A DNA stretch of 64,000 bases from Chitinophaga pinensis (GTDB taxonomy: Bacteria; Bacteroidota; Bacteroidia; Flavobacteriales_D; Crocinitomicaceae): NCBI GenBank assembly GCA_943327315.2, contig CALPWQ020000001.1:627-64626 (forward strand), in the 5' to 3' direction. Below, in pieces: positions 30,088 through 40,781 of the stretch (position 1 is its first letter; every line of letters begins with the position of its first letter). The notes beneath the pieces were generated by a model, which saw only the letters and a list, made by a program, of their open reading frames with translations, was not told the origin of the DNA and did not search any database. A program made the position numbers and the translations under genes.

Positions 30088-30307
30088 AGTGTCCTGTGTT
30101 GATAATACTTACTACTTACAAATTTAACGATGTAGTGAAGGTCATGACGGCGGAGTACCTTAAGGTTTTCAACCAAGTTTTCAACACTATTCAACAAAAT
30201 TTAGCACTTTTCGGCTAAGAATCAGTCAAAAAGGAAGGGAAAGTCATTCCTTATTCCTCTCAAAAAGCCCTTCTTGTCCATCCATTTTGCACAAAAGACA
30301 GCAACGT

Positions 30308-32752
30308 ATGAAATCAGGATTAAGCGCACAAGAAGCACGGCAACGATTGATGAATAACGGTCCCAACGAAATTCCAGTTCCCAAATCAAGCGGTATGTTT
30401 CGCATCTTAAAAGAGGTGCTTCGCGAACCGATGTTCATTCTCCTATTGTCATCCGCCACCTTGTACATGATTCTTGGAGACTTCAGTGAAGGAGCGATTC
30501 TCCTATCCACGATCAGCATCATCATTGCGATCACTTTTATGCAGCATAGAAAAACTGAGAAAGCACTTGAGGCACTCCGCCATCTGGCCGCACCTCTAGC
30601 ACTTGTGGAGCGAGATGGTATTTTTATCCGTATTCCAAGTCGTGAAATTGTAGTCGGTGACATCGTTTCATTGAACGAAGGAGACCGAATACCTTCGGAT
30701 GGTATATTGATTGACGTCAATTCATTGGAAGTGGATGAATCCGTACTTACCGGTGAGGCGCTTGCCCTTCAAAAAAAATATGGGGATCACATTTATGGAG
30801 GAACTCTTGTTACACGAGGCAGAGCTATATTCGAAATTGAATCAACTGGACTACAAACAGAATTTGGAAAAATCGGCAGTTCATTGAATGCCATTCAATC
30901 TCAACCAACAAAGCTACAAAGTGAATTGGGCCGTTTCATTAAATGGCTAAGTATAATTGGCGCAGGAATATGTGTTGGGGTCGTTCTCCTCTTTTATTTT
31001 ACGCAAGGACATTTTATACAAGCACTTTTAAATGGACTATCAGCGGCTATGGCCATCCTTCCAGAGGAATTTCCAGTAATCATGACTGTATTTTTGGCTT
31101 TGGGCGCTTGGCGTCTGAGTAAAACAAATGTGCTGACTCGAAAATCATCAGCCATTGAAACACTTGGTTCCGCAACCGTGCTCTGCAGCGACAAAACAGG
31201 CACCATTACATGCAATAAGATGGTTGTTGGAGCAGTAGTTCCAAGTGCCATAGAAGGCGAAAACAGACTTATGGTCTTCGCGAAATTGGCTTGCATTGCA
31301 CATGCGCATGACCCCATGGAACGGGCAATACACGAATACGGCACCAAAGACATTCATCTTCGAGCTCTTTCACTTGAAAGGGAATATGCGTTAAGCTCCA
31401 AGCTCACCGCTATGACTTTGGTGTATAAAGAGTCCGCTGGACGCATCATTGCGACAAAAGGAGCGCCAGAAACACTTTTTCACTTGTGTCATCTCAATGA
31501 ACAAGAAATGAAAGTTTGGCAAGAAAAATTAACACTTTTGGCGCGCAAGGGGATGCGGATTTTGGGAGTTGCCGAAGGACGAATTGATTCTGCAACATTG
31601 CCTGAAACTCAAGAAGGCTTTTCATTTTCATTCTTGGGATTGGTGGCATTTTCCGATCCTGTTCGGCAAGAGGTATCCGACACCATCAATGAATGCCGCA
31701 CTGCTGGAATTCGCATCATTATGTTAACCGGTGACCACCCAGAAACTGCCGCAACCATTGGAAGTGAAATTGGTTTGAGCTCCGCAGAATTGCTCATTGG
31801 ATCAGATATACACGCGTTAACGGATGAACAACTTCGCCAACGGCTTGCGCATACTGAAATCATTGCACGACTAAAGCCAGAGCAAAAGTTGCGCATCGTA
31901 CTTGCATTGCAGGCATCTGGGGAAATTGTAGCCATGACAGGAGACGGCGTGAATGATGCTCCCGCATTAAAAGCAGCAAATATCGGTGTAGCTATGGGAT
32001 TGAAAGGAACAGATGTTGCCCGTGAAGCTTCCTCATTGGTTTTACTCGACGACAACTTCAACTCTATTGTTCGCGCCATCCGTTCAGGAAGAAGGATCTA
32101 TGACAATTTACAAAAAGCCATGTCGTATGTCCTTGCCATTCACATCCCCATCATCGGTCTAACTTTATTGCCTGCCTTTGTTCCGAGCCTTGCCCTGATC
32201 CTTTTGCCCTTGCATATTGTTTTTATGGAGCTGATCATCGATCCTGTGAGCTCAATTGCATTTGAATCGGAAGCAGAAGAAAAGGACATCATGAAACATC
32301 CTCCTCGAAAGTCAAATACACGTTTTTTTGGAAAAACAGAAATCACTCAATCGATCGTCGATGGACTGCTATTGTTAGGATGTGTTTTAGTCGTTTATCT
32401 ATTGTCTAGGTATGGAGAGCGCTCTGAACTGCAGTTGAGATCAATCACATTTATCGCCTTGGTCACTGCGAATTTACTCATGGTCTTGTCCAAACTTTCC
32501 ATGACACGCAGCATACTCTACAGTTTTACGAGTAGAAATAAGTCGGCAAAATTCATTTTTCTTGCGGCGATTATTCTGATGATTATCGTTTTCTGCGTAC
32601 CTGAGATCAGCGCTATATTCCACATGACATATCCTGGACATCTGGATACATTTTATGCCATTTGTGCTGCCTTAGTTTTTACGATGTGTTTAGAAATCCT
32701 AAAGGTCATTCGGCGAAAAAAGAAATCATTTGTCACCACTCAAAACCTCTAA
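30308..32752 (+). CDS. P-type cation-transporting ATPase (P2-like, Ca2+/Mg2+ type)
   Basis: CSDKTGTIT phosphorylation site, TGDHPETA, MTGDGVNDAPALK, 8-10 TM helices. First ATG at 30308; the track start 30287 is TTG. Confidence 0.92.
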   Translation: MKSGLSAQEARQRLMNNGPNEIPVPKSSGMFRILKEVLREPMFILLLSSATLYMILGDFSEGAILLSTISIIIAITFMQHRKTEKALEALRHLAAPLALVERDGIFIRIPSREIVVGDIVSLNEGDRIPSDGILIDVNSLEVDESVLTGEALALQKKYGDHIYGGTLVTRGRAIFEIESTGLQTEFGKIGSSLNAIQSQPTKLQSELGRFIKWLSIIGAGICVGVVLLFYFTQGHFIQALLNGLSAAMAILPEEFPVIMTVFLALGAWRLSKTNVLTRKSSAIETLGSATVLCSDKTGTITCNKMVVGAVVPSAIEGENRLMVFAKLACIAHAHDPMERAIHEYGTKDIHLRALSLEREYALSSKLTAMTLVYKESAGRIIATKGAPETLFHLCHLNEQEMKVWQEKLTLLARKGMRILGVAEGRIDSATLPETQEGFSFSFLGLVAFSDPVRQEVSDTINECRTAGIRIIMLTGDHPETAATIGSEIGLSSAELLIGSDIHALTDEQLRQRLAHTEIIARLKPEQKLRIVLALQASGEIVAMTGDGVNDAPALKAANIGVAMGLKGTDVAREASSLVLLDDNFNSIVRAIRSGRRIYDNLQKAMSYVLAIHIPIIGLTLLPAFVPSLALILLPLHIVFMELIIDPVSSIAFESEAEEKDIMKHPPRKSNTRFFGKTEITQSIVDGLLLLGCVLVVYLLSRYGERSELQLRSITFIALVTANLLMVLSKLSMTRSILYSFTSRNKSAKFIFLAAIILMIIVFCVPEISAIFHMTYPGHLDTFYAICAALVFTMCLEILKVIRRKKKSFVTTQNL

Positions 32753-34381
32753 GATGGGTGATCCTGTCATCGCTCCACTGCGCTGAAGTTGAAGGATGTG
32801 AGACAATGTCGCCGCGATATCCGTGATTTCAATGGGGCGAAACACATCCTGAGAGGGAATCGCTGCACCATACCAAAGCAGCGGAACGTGGGTGTCATAG
32901 TTGAAAGCGGAACCATGGCTTGTTCCTTTATGTGCTGCGGGATCATCAATTTCTTTCATTAAATAGCCAGGTTCAAGAATAAACACTACATCACCACTTT
33001 CTTTCGGGTGAACCCCTTTTAATACCATCGCATGCCATTGGTCTCTTGCGGCTGTGCTCAAATCTACTGGTGTGTAAACAGCTTTAACCTCTGACCACAT
33101 GCGAATTTGATCCGCAATGAATTCAGCCACTTGATCAATGGTCAAATGAAGTTCTGCTATTTTTTTATGGTCCAAATAAATGTTTTGATTCTCTTCGCAC
33201 AAGACCAATGAAACACCATATTTGTCCGCACTCGCCTTTTTCAACAATTCAAGCGGCTCTTTGACGAACATGTAACCGCCTGGCAACTTCTTATCGACCA
33301 AATATTGGGGGACAGGAACCACTGCATGGTCAGCCGTTAAAAACAACACAAACCCATCTTTTCCATATTGTTTTTCTAGGGTACAAATCAATCGTGCAAT
33401 TTCATTGTCCAATCGCAAGTACATGTCTTCCAATTCAACTGAACGCATACCAAACGAATGTCCCGCAATGTCTGGTGTAGAATAGGAAATACAAAGCATA
33501 TCGGTTTGCGTATCCATACCTAGATTCTCTGATGTCATGGCCTGAATGGCAAAATTTGTTAGGTATGTATTGGCAAAAGGCGTTACTGTGAAAAGTGAGA
33601 AGTTATTTTTTCCAGCAGCAAGCGAAGTCGCATTCATTTGCCCCAAATCATAGGGAAATGTTGGTGACGTTTTCCCGGAAAGAACTTGTTCGTAGGGCGA
33701 ATCATCGGGCCCTGACGCCGTATAACTTGAGATATCGTATAGTGTGATCCACGACTGTTTCATATACTTTTCCGCATTGTCATTGGCATTAAAGTCTTGT
33801 ACCCATTTGGGTAATTCACTTTTAAAGAACGTACTTGTAATGAATTTTCCTGAAGCATAGTCAAACCAATACGAGCCATCGCTCAAATGTCCACCCGGCA
33901 AAATGGCACTGCGATCCTTGATGGAAACAGAAACCACTTTTGCACTTGGATAAGTCATTTTGAGTTGATCCGTAATGGTATAGGTTTTTAAATTTTTCGG
34001 CGAACACATGCCGCCAGAAGCACTTGTCCCAACAGATTTCTCGGTCGAATCATAGACACAATTCAAGACTTTTCCTGAGTTGCGGTCATACCATTCATTC
34101 CCAACGATTCCATGATTGGCTGGTGTTGTGCCTGTGTAAATGCTGGCATGTCCAGGTCCAGTATATGTTGGAACATAATTGTACAAGGTAGTGCGGCAGT
34201 TGGTGCCATTTTGCATAATTTTCCTGAACCCATTTTCCCCAAAGCGCTCTTGATAGCGGTAGAGGTATTCATAACACATTTGGTCAACAACGATACCTAC
34301 AACAATTTTGGGTGGTGCTGACTTCTGATTGAATGCAAGAAGTGGTATACTTAGTACTAAGGAAACAATTAGATTTTTCAT
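32726..34381 (-). CDS. alkaline phosphatase / nucleotide pyrophosphatase family protein (PafA-like), secreted
   Basis: Signal peptide. VVGIVVDQM, TYTGPGHASIYTG, YSTPDIAGHSFG, LTADHA. The 3' end overlaps the convergent ATPase gene by 27 bp. Confidence 0.8.
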   Translation of the reverse strand: MKNLIVSLVLSIPLLAFNQKSAPPKIVVGIVVDQMCYEYLYRYQERFGENGFRKIMQNGTNCRTTLYNYVPTYTGPGHASIYTGTTPANHGIVGNEWYDRNSGKVLNCVYDSTEKSVGTSASGGMCSPKNLKTYTITDQLKMTYPSAKVVSVSIKDRSAILPGGHLSDGSYWFDYASGKFITSTFFKSELPKWVQDFNANDNAEKYMKQSWITLYDISSYTASGPDDSPYEQVLSGKTSPTFPYDLGQMNATSLAAGKNNFSLFTVTPFANTYLTNFAIQAMTSENLGMDTQTDMLCISYSTPDIAGHSFGMRSVELEDMYLRLDNEIARLICTLEKQYGKDGFVLFLTADHAVVPVPQYLVDKKLPGGYMFVKEPLELLKKASADKYGVSLVLCEENQNIYLDHKKIAELHLTIDQVAEFIADQIRMWSEVKAVYTPVDLSTAARDQWHAMVLKGVHPKESGDVVFILEPGYLMKEIDDPAAHKGTSHGSAFNYDTHVPLLWYGAAIPSQDVFRPIEITDIAATLSHILQLQRSGAMTGSPILEVLSGDK

Positions 34382-34460
34382 GTGGTAAAAATTGATGCTT
34401 AAAATTAGTCAAAGCAATACATTCGCGTTCATTTCACCATTAACTTTGCAATAAAAAAAG

Positions 34461-35051
34461 ATGCTCGGATTGAAAATGGCAACTGACCCTCGATGGGTAA
34501 ACATCGTCGAGAAGAACATTCAAGAAATTCTCATTGACCATGCCTTTTGTGAACAAAAGGCAGCAAGCAATGCCATCTCGATGATTGTGCAATATCCACA
34601 ATACCCAGATTTAGTCGATGCCATGACCGCCATTTGCCAAGAAGAGATGGAACATTTCCATATGGTGCATCAGAAACTTCAAGAGCGAGGACTCACCCTA
34701 GGGTTCGAACGCAAAGATCCCTATGTACATGATTTATCCGATTATTTAAAAAAATCCAAAAATACAGGTTCACGCGCGAGCCATTTTGTCAATCAGATGT
34801 TGTTTGCTGCTATGATTGAGGCGCGCAGCTGTGAGCGGTTTAAAATCCTATCAGAAGAAATAAACGATGAAGATTTGCGTGTATTCTATCGCTCACTGAT
34901 GGAAAGTGAAGCAAGGCATTATACAACCTTCTTGGGTTTTGCGCGGAAATATGGCGAAGAAATTCCTGTGGAAGAGCGTTGGACCGACTTCTTAGAATTT
35001 GAATCTTCCCTCATGGAAAAGTACGGGAAAAACGAAACCATGCATGGATAA
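34461..35051 (+). CDS. miaE: tRNA-(ms2io6A)-hydroxylase (ferritin-like di-iron)
   Basis: HAFCEQKAASNA...EEMEHF...EARSCERF...ESEARHY di-iron carboxylate motifs. Confidence 0.85.
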   Translation: MLGLKMATDPRWVNIVEKNIQEILIDHAFCEQKAASNAISMIVQYPQYPDLVDAMTAICQEEMEHFHMVHQKLQERGLTLGFERKDPYVHDLSDYLKKSKNTGSRASHFVNQMLFAAMIEARSCERFKILSEEINDEDLRVFYRSLMESEARHYTTFLGFARKYGEEIPVEERWTDFLEFESSLMEKYGKNETMHG

Positions 35052-35077
35052 AAAAAGGGCGAATGTAAATCCGCCCT
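35050..35077 (-). terminator. intrinsic terminator after the M14 peptidase gene (hairpin shared with miaE 3' end)
   Basis: AGGGCG-10 nt-CGCCCT followed by T7 in minus sense. Confidence 0.65.
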
Positions 35078-35102
35078 TCCACTTATCTTTTGTTCAACTT
35101 GC

Positions 35103-37940
35103 TTAGAGTACAGCAAATTTAAGTTGGCCGACTTTTCCATTCTTCACCGTTTGAAGATAGAACAATCCGCTACTCACGTCATCTAATTCAATGATTTGTG
35201 TACTGGTCACAATAGTCTGGGTCAAAACAACCTTCCCATTCATATCGTACACGTTCAATTCTTGACCTATTTCTAATCCTGAAACAACAAACTGTCCATT
35301 GTTCGGATTAGGCATCATTTTAACGCCATTGTAAATCAAGTTGTCGATAGACGCACAATCTTGAACGGAAAGCACGAGTGAGGATGTTCCGATACAACCA
35401 TTTGCATCGGTGAACGTGGCCGTTAAGGTTTGTGATCCCAATCCAGCAATTGTTGGGTCGAAGGTCGTGCCTGATACACCAACTCCAGCAACGATCGTGT
35501 TCGCTGGTGTAACCGTCAATTGAATTGTTCCACCTGTGATGCAAACAACATTGTTTGCTGCAGAACTTGCAATTGTCACAACAGGCAATGCATTTACCGT
35601 AATGTAGTTTGTCAGTGTTGACGTGTTTGACCCTGCTCCATTGGTCACGGTCAAGGTCACGGTGTAGGTGCCTGGAGTTGCGTAAACATGCGAAGGTGCT
35701 TGATCGGCAGCAGTAGTCCCGTCACCAAAATTCCAAGCCCATGTTGTAGGTTGATTCGCTGAAAGGTCATTGAATAAGACTGAGTTATTGACACAAACCG
35801 AAGTCGATGACGTATTGAACGATGCCGCAGGCGCCACGACTGGACCTGCATCATTGAACATGATTTTGAAGTCATCAAAATAGAATCCGTCTCCAGTTGT
35901 TCCATTGTCAGATCCCAACTTGAAACGTACTTTGATTACCTGTCCGATATAATCGCTCAAGCTTATTTCCTCGAGAACCCATGAAGATTGAACCCCTTCG
36001 TAGACTGGTTGATTGTTGGGTTGAACACTTCCGTTTGCGTTTGTGCCAGGCACAGTATAATTTCCACATTGACCAATCCATGTTGTTCCACCGTCTGTCG
36101 ATACTTGGAATTGTACATAATCGTAGTCTGCCTCAATGTTCCATTTGGCATAGTATGAAATCCCTGCAGAGGCTGCATTCGTCAAATCGATTGTCGGCAC
36201 ATAGGTATAGGTTTTTGATGCGATGTTATTCGCATAGTTGCCTGTCGGACTGTCCGTGTAAGATGTTGAAGCAGAAACGAATGTGGAAGCCGTTGTTCCC
36301 CATGTTCCCGTCCAGTTGGCATTCGAACCGTCTTCTACTACCTGAACAGTAAGTGCACCATAGGTTTTTACGATGGTATCTTTTTTCACCCACATTCCAT
36401 TATCGGTCTTCAAAATGTACTTGATTTGATCACCAAACTGAATAGCTGGATTCAACACATAAGATATTGCACCTGATGTATTTGTCATTAGCGGAACATT
36501 GTAAACAATCGGAGCACCTACAGACTGGATGTTCAACAAGGGTTGAATGGATACCGTAATGGCACCATTTTCACGCCCCAAGCGTTGAGCAGTGTGAGAA
36601 AAATTACCTGTTAATGTTGCCACCGTTGAAGGATCGGCATCTTTCACAACCAAGTACTTGCGGCTGATGTGTGCAAGCACTAAATTCGGGAACATCATGT
36701 CTTTGCAGGTAGCAACGATTTCAGATGACGGTTGCCAAAATGCAGTCCCTACCTCTGGAGTATGCGCAAACATGGTGTCTTTCACACCAACACCGATGTC
36801 TAATTTGTACATGTAATCGTCTGAATCACCCGAGGCTGGATACAAAGACGAACTTTTAATCGCGCCATAACCATTAAACTGAACCATGTGACTTGCTTCT
36901 TCTAGGAAATAGTTATGGTGTGGTGCAAATTCGGCTGTCGTTGTTCCAATTGGGAATAAAATATCTCCAGCATATGTATGCGCATTGAATGCTGTTATGA
37001 AATTGTTATTTTGCGACAACCAGCGAATGGCTTGTACCTCAGGCTCAGAATAGGCAGCAGTTCCGCAATAGGTATCATTGCTTGTGTTCGTGCTAGTACC
37101 TGTTGTTCCCCACCCGTAGCCATAATTTCGATTTAAGTCCACTCCATAAACACCACCACCATTGTTTCGGCGATTCTTCCGCCACATACCTCCTCCGTTC
37201 GCGTTGGTTGATTCGTTGTAGAGGTATCCATCCACGTTTATGCATGGCACAAAGTACAACTGCATGTTGTCAACAATGTATTTCACCTCATCATTGGTGT
37301 TGTAGTTTTCGAGCATGTACCACATGAAGAAAACCGTTTCCATCAAACTCATTGGTTCACGTGCATGGTGAATCGCAGTATAAAGTACTTTCGTCTCTGT
37401 ACTTTCATCTGTATTTGGGTTGTCGGACATTCGCACAAAATAAATTGGGCGATTTTCACGAGAAAGAAATGTCGAAATAGGCGCTTTTGCGGTAATCAAA
37501 TTCGGATAAAGTGTTGCCATCTGATCCAATTCTGCGAGCATCTCATTGTATTTCAGATATCCACCCATTGTTCCTTGGTTGAAGTTTGTCGGCGTCGCAG
37601 GATTAAATCCTGAGCTTCCACCATTTCCTCCTGCGCAAGTTGCATTTTTGGGTACATACCCACTTGGGTCAGACATGTGTTCAATGTAATAAGCTTGAAC
37701 ATCCTCAATCAACACCTCATAGTCGAAGTTATTTTCATTCATGATCGCTATTTCCAAATTGGAGAAATCGGAAATAAAGAATACACCTTCTTTGTAGGTG
37801 CCGTGGTCCACTGTCACACCAAGATCACCTAAACGCTTCAATTCTAGCGCGTCGGCAAAAACTTTGACGCGTGAATAGGATGTTTGGGCAAAGCTGATGG
37901 TACTTAAAACAGTAAAAAGGAGAGTTATTAGTTTTTTCAT
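35103..37940 (-). CDS. secreted M14-family zinc carboxypeptidase with MAM-like (choice-of-anchor J) domain, PKD domain and T9SS type A C-terminal domain
   Basis: ATG at 37940 gives signal peptide MKKLITLLFTVLSTISFAQ. YTAIHHAREPMS and DLNRNYGYGWG (M14). PKD WNFGDGTTAADQAPSHVYATPGTYTVTLTVTN. C-terminus MMPNPNNGQFVV...NVYDMNGKVV...GLFYLQ. Confidence 0.88.
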   Translation of the reverse strand: MKKLITLLFTVLSTISFAQTSYSRVKVFADALELKRLGDLGVTVDHGTYKEGVFFISDFSNLEIAIMNENNFDYEVLIEDVQAYYIEHMSDPSGYVPKNATCAGGNGGSSGFNPATPTNFNQGTMGGYLKYNEMLAELDQMATLYPNLITAKAPISTFLSRENRPIYFVRMSDNPNTDESTETKVLYTAIHHAREPMSLMETVFFMWYMLENYNTNDEVKYIVDNMQLYFVPCINVDGYLYNESTNANGGGMWRKNRRNNGGGVYGVDLNRNYGYGWGTTGTSTNTSNDTYCGTAAYSEPEVQAIRWLSQNNNFITAFNAHTYAGDILFPIGTTTAEFAPHHNYFLEEASHMVQFNGYGAIKSSSLYPASGDSDDYMYKLDIGVGVKDTMFAHTPEVGTAFWQPSSEIVATCKDMMFPNLVLAHISRKYLVVKDADPSTVATLTGNFSHTAQRLGRENGAITVSIQPLLNIQSVGAPIVYNVPLMTNTSGAISYVLNPAIQFGDQIKYILKTDNGMWVKKDTIVKTYGALTVQVVEDGSNANWTGTWGTTASTFVSASTSYTDSPTGNYANNIASKTYTYVPTIDLTNAASAGISYYAKWNIEADYDYVQFQVSTDGGTTWIGQCGNYTVPGTNANGSVQPNNQPVYEGVQSSWVLEEISLSDYIGQVIKVRFKLGSDNGTTGDGFYFDDFKIMFNDAGPVVAPAASFNTSSTSVCVNNSVLFNDLSANQPTTWAWNFGDGTTAADQAPSHVYATPGTYTVTLTVTNGAGSNTSTLTNYITVNALPVVTIASSAANNVVCITGGTIQLTVTPANTIVAGVGVSGTTFDPTIAGLGSQTLTATFTDANGCIGTSSLVLSVQDCASIDNLIYNGVKMMPNPNNGQFVVSGLEIGQELNVYDMNGKVVLTQTIVTSTQIIELDDVSSGLFYLQTVKNGKVGQLKFAVL

Positions 37941-38178
37941 TTCTGGCAAAGTTTGCAGCCAATTTACTGCTTTTTTTTATCCGTACAGCACTTGTTTTCT
38001 ATTTAGTTAACTAGGCATACAACAGCCTTTGAACTAAACAACTAATAAACAGGAATTAAAACACTTATATTGACACCAACATGATGAATAATTTGCATTT
38101 CAATGATCCATTTCACAATGATTGAGAAGGCAAGATTATGTCAATAGAAAACTCTATTTTTGATAAAAATTCTATGCT

Positions 38179-39975
38179 ATGCCCGAAAACAAAATCACCT
38201 TTGGAAAAATCTTTTGGCCGAGTTTATTGGCCATATTCATCATGTCCATCATTGGGTTGTTCATTTTTGTATTGATCATTGGCGGAATCATTGGGAGTTT
38301 TGGTGAATTCGGTCCAAAACCCTTGTCCATTAAAAACAACACCGTACTGCACATGACCTTAGACGGTGAGATTGCAGAAAAGTCAAGCAGCACGTTTGAT
38401 CCAACTTCATTTAACTTGAACCATACGATTGGCTTGAGCGACCTGCTTTTTGGCATTGAAACAGCAAAAAACGACGATAAGGTAAAGGGGATTTTTCTTG
38501 AAGTAGGTGATTTAAACTGTGGGTATTCCAGTACGCGAGAGATTCGTCAAGCACTCATTGATTTTAAATCATCTGGAAAATTTATTGTTGCCTACAATGC
38601 GGGGGAGGTCATTACGCAAAAAGAGTACTATTTAAGTTCTGTTGCCAACGAAGTGTATGCCTTTCCATCCTCAGCAATGGAGTTTTTCGGACTCGGTGCT
38701 GAACTCATGTATTTCAAAAATACATTGGACAAATTGGATGTTGAAGTGGAAATTATCCGCGGCAGCAATAATGATTTTAAAAGTGCGGTTGAACCGTTTT
38801 TTCGCACAGACATGAGCGATTCCAGTCGTGTTCAAATCGAACGTTATCTCGCTTCCATGTGGGAAGATATTCGACAGGACATTTCAACGGAGCGACAAGT
38901 ATCCATTCTAAAGTTGAACGATATTGCAGAAAAGGCCAGCATTCGAAGAGCCAATGATGCTGTGAAACTCAAGCTTATTGACGGTGTAATGTACAGAGAT
39001 GAGGTCATCGATTTGATATCGAAGAAAATTGGATTAGATGAGGATGAGGATCCTGAATTTCAAGCATTTGAAAAATATGCACGTAAAAAATTCTATTCGG
39101 AACAAACCTTAACCAAAAAAGATGACCCCAACATTGCCGTCATTTTAGCTGAAGGAGAAATCTCTACCGATGGCGATGGCTTAACCTCCAAAGAAATATG
39201 TAAATTATTTCAAGCGGTTCGAAAAAACAGCTCCATTAAAACCGTTGTTTTCCGTGTTAATAGTCCAGGTGGAAGCGCATTGGCAAGTGATGAAATCTGG
39301 CGTGAAGTCGTATTGACAAACAAAACAAAGAAAGTCATCGTGTCCATGGGTGATGTCGCCGCTTCGGGCGGATATTACATCTCAGCTCCGGGAACAACAA
39401 TCTTTGCTGAACCAACAACAATCACGGGATCCATCGGTGTTTTTGGGATGATTCCATATATCGGAAAGATGCTTGAAAACAAATTGGGCATCACCTTCGA
39501 TCGGGCTGGAACAAATGCGCACGCTATTATGTCGCTCATGAAGAAACTGACACCCGAGGAGTTGAAAATGATTCAAGAAGAAGTTGACTACACGTATATG
39601 GAATTCCTAAACCGTGTTGCTGTAGGACGTAACTTATCTGTTGAACAAGTAAACGTGATTGCTCGAGGACGCGTGTGGACAGGTAGAGATGCACTTGAAA
39701 TAGGACTTGTTGATCGCTTAGGCGGTCTGCATGATGCCATTCAATTTGCCTCAAAAAAAGCGGGAATCAAGGACAAAAAAGTATTGTACTATCCATTGAA
39801 AGAAGAGGATATGTGGCAAGAAATACTGGAGGACTTTGAAGAAGAAAATGGAGATATGGTAATGACACGAAGTAAGCTACCGGAGGTTCTTAGCTCTTCA
39901 TACGAATCATTGTTGCGCATGAGTAATCGATTTGGCATTCAAATGCGTTTACCCTATGAGATCACCATTCATTAA
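38179..39975 (+). CDS. sppA: signal peptide peptidase SppA, 67K type
   Basis: N-terminal TM and two S49 domains (VVFRVNSPGGSALASDEIW...MGDVAASGGYYIS). Confidence 0.9.
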   Translation: MPENKITFGKIFWPSLLAIFIMSIIGLFIFVLIIGGIIGSFGEFGPKPLSIKNNTVLHMTLDGEIAEKSSSTFDPTSFNLNHTIGLSDLLFGIETAKNDDKVKGIFLEVGDLNCGYSSTREIRQALIDFKSSGKFIVAYNAGEVITQKEYYLSSVANEVYAFPSSAMEFFGLGAELMYFKNTLDKLDVEVEIIRGSNNDFKSAVEPFFRTDMSDSSRVQIERYLASMWEDIRQDISTERQVSILKLNDIAEKASIRRANDAVKLKLIDGVMYRDEVIDLISKKIGLDEDEDPEFQAFEKYARKKFYSEQTLTKKDDPNIAVILAEGEISTDGDGLTSKEICKLFQAVRKNSSIKTVVFRVNSPGGSALASDEIWREVVLTNKTKKVIVSMGDVAASGGYYISAPGTTIFAEPTTITGSIGVFGMIPYIGKMLENKLGITFDRAGTNAHAIMSLMKKLTPEELKMIQEEVDYTYMEFLNRVAVGRNLSVEQVNVIARGRVWTGRDALEIGLVDRLGGLHDAIQFASKKAGIKDKKVLYYPLKEEDMWQEILEDFEEENGDMVMTRSKLPEVLSSSYESLLRMSNRFGIQMRLPYEITIH

Positions 39976-40682
39976 CCATTGTTTCTGCGGCGGTAATTCC
40001 GTTTTTTACTGGTCCATTTGTACTGACGCTTCGAACTAAAATTACTCTTGTATACCGGCTTTATGCGATAAACCAATCCAATCGTATGTTGCACATAATC
40101 CGTTTTGGATGTCCAAATGTCACTTACCAAGCCAAGTTTCCCGGCTGTTTGCAAGCGCAAACCCCAACTTTTGGAAAACCATAAATTTACACCCAAGCTT
40201 AGACTGACCATTGGTGTCAGTGGTGCTGACATTGTTTGTCGGTAGGTCATTCCAGCACCAAAAGCAAAATAGAGGTCCAGCCATTGGGCATAATACGCCA
40301 TGCGCGGCAAAAAACTGTATTTAAATGACGCATCTGCAGCTGCGAAAACACCCTTTACCCCTGTCGAATCATTGATCAACTTTGATGTCGAGTAGCGGTT
40401 GTACGAAAGAGCGCCATCAAAGCTCCACCCTTTTTTTAAATACTTGTCAATTGACAAGGTCGTTGGATAATAAAGGTAATTCCAAGAGTTTTTGTAATCT
40501 AGCAATTTGGAAAATGCTAGTCCATCATCATCGACCACGTTCCATCCAAGGCCAATCATCCATCGGTATGGATCATTTTTTCGTCGAAGATATTGCGATT
40601 GAGCTTGTACAGGAGTCACCCACACACACAAGGAAAGTATGAAAAGAAGGAAAGCAAATTTTCTCGTGTTCAATCTCGACAT
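39972..40682 (-). CDS. putative outer-membrane beta-barrel protein
   Basis: Signal peptide FAFLLFILSLCVWVTPVQAQ, alternating beta-strand pattern, aromatic-rich. Confidence 0.55.
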   Translation of the reverse strand: MSRLNTRKFAFLLFILSLCVWVTPVQAQSQYLRRKNDPYRWMIGLGWNVVDDDGLAFSKLLDYKNSWNYLYYPTTLSIDKYLKKGWSFDGALSYNRYSTSKLINDSTGVKGVFAAADASFKYSFLPRMAYYAQWLDLYFAFGAGMTYRQTMSAPLTPMVSLSLGVNLWFSKSWGLRLQTAGKLGLVSDIWTSKTDYVQHTIGLVYRIKPVYKSNFSSKRQYKWTSKKRNYRRRNNG

Positions 40683-40732
40683 AAATTCTTGTTCTCAATG
40701 ATTTATTTCATGCAAAGGTAAGGAAGTCCATG

Positions 40733-40765
40733 AAAAAAAAGAAGCCCCCGAAAATTCGAGGGCTT
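40733..40765 (-). terminator. intrinsic terminator after tig
   Basis: The minus strand reads AAGCCCTCGAATTTTCGGGGGCTT followed by a T8 run. Confidence 0.7.
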
Positions 40766-40781
40766 GCACTACATATTTTAA

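Noticed and set aside
30244-32079. Antisense ORFs (158, 119, 69 and 156 aa) overlapping the P-type ATPase
   Set aside because: They lie entirely within a motif-rich ATPase CDS and show no start context or domain features.
32726-32752. 27-bp convergent overlap of the ATPase and phosphatase 3' ends (and 17 bp at 63464..63480)
   Set aside because: Short convergent 3' overlaps are common in compact genomes, and nothing further supports a regulatory role.
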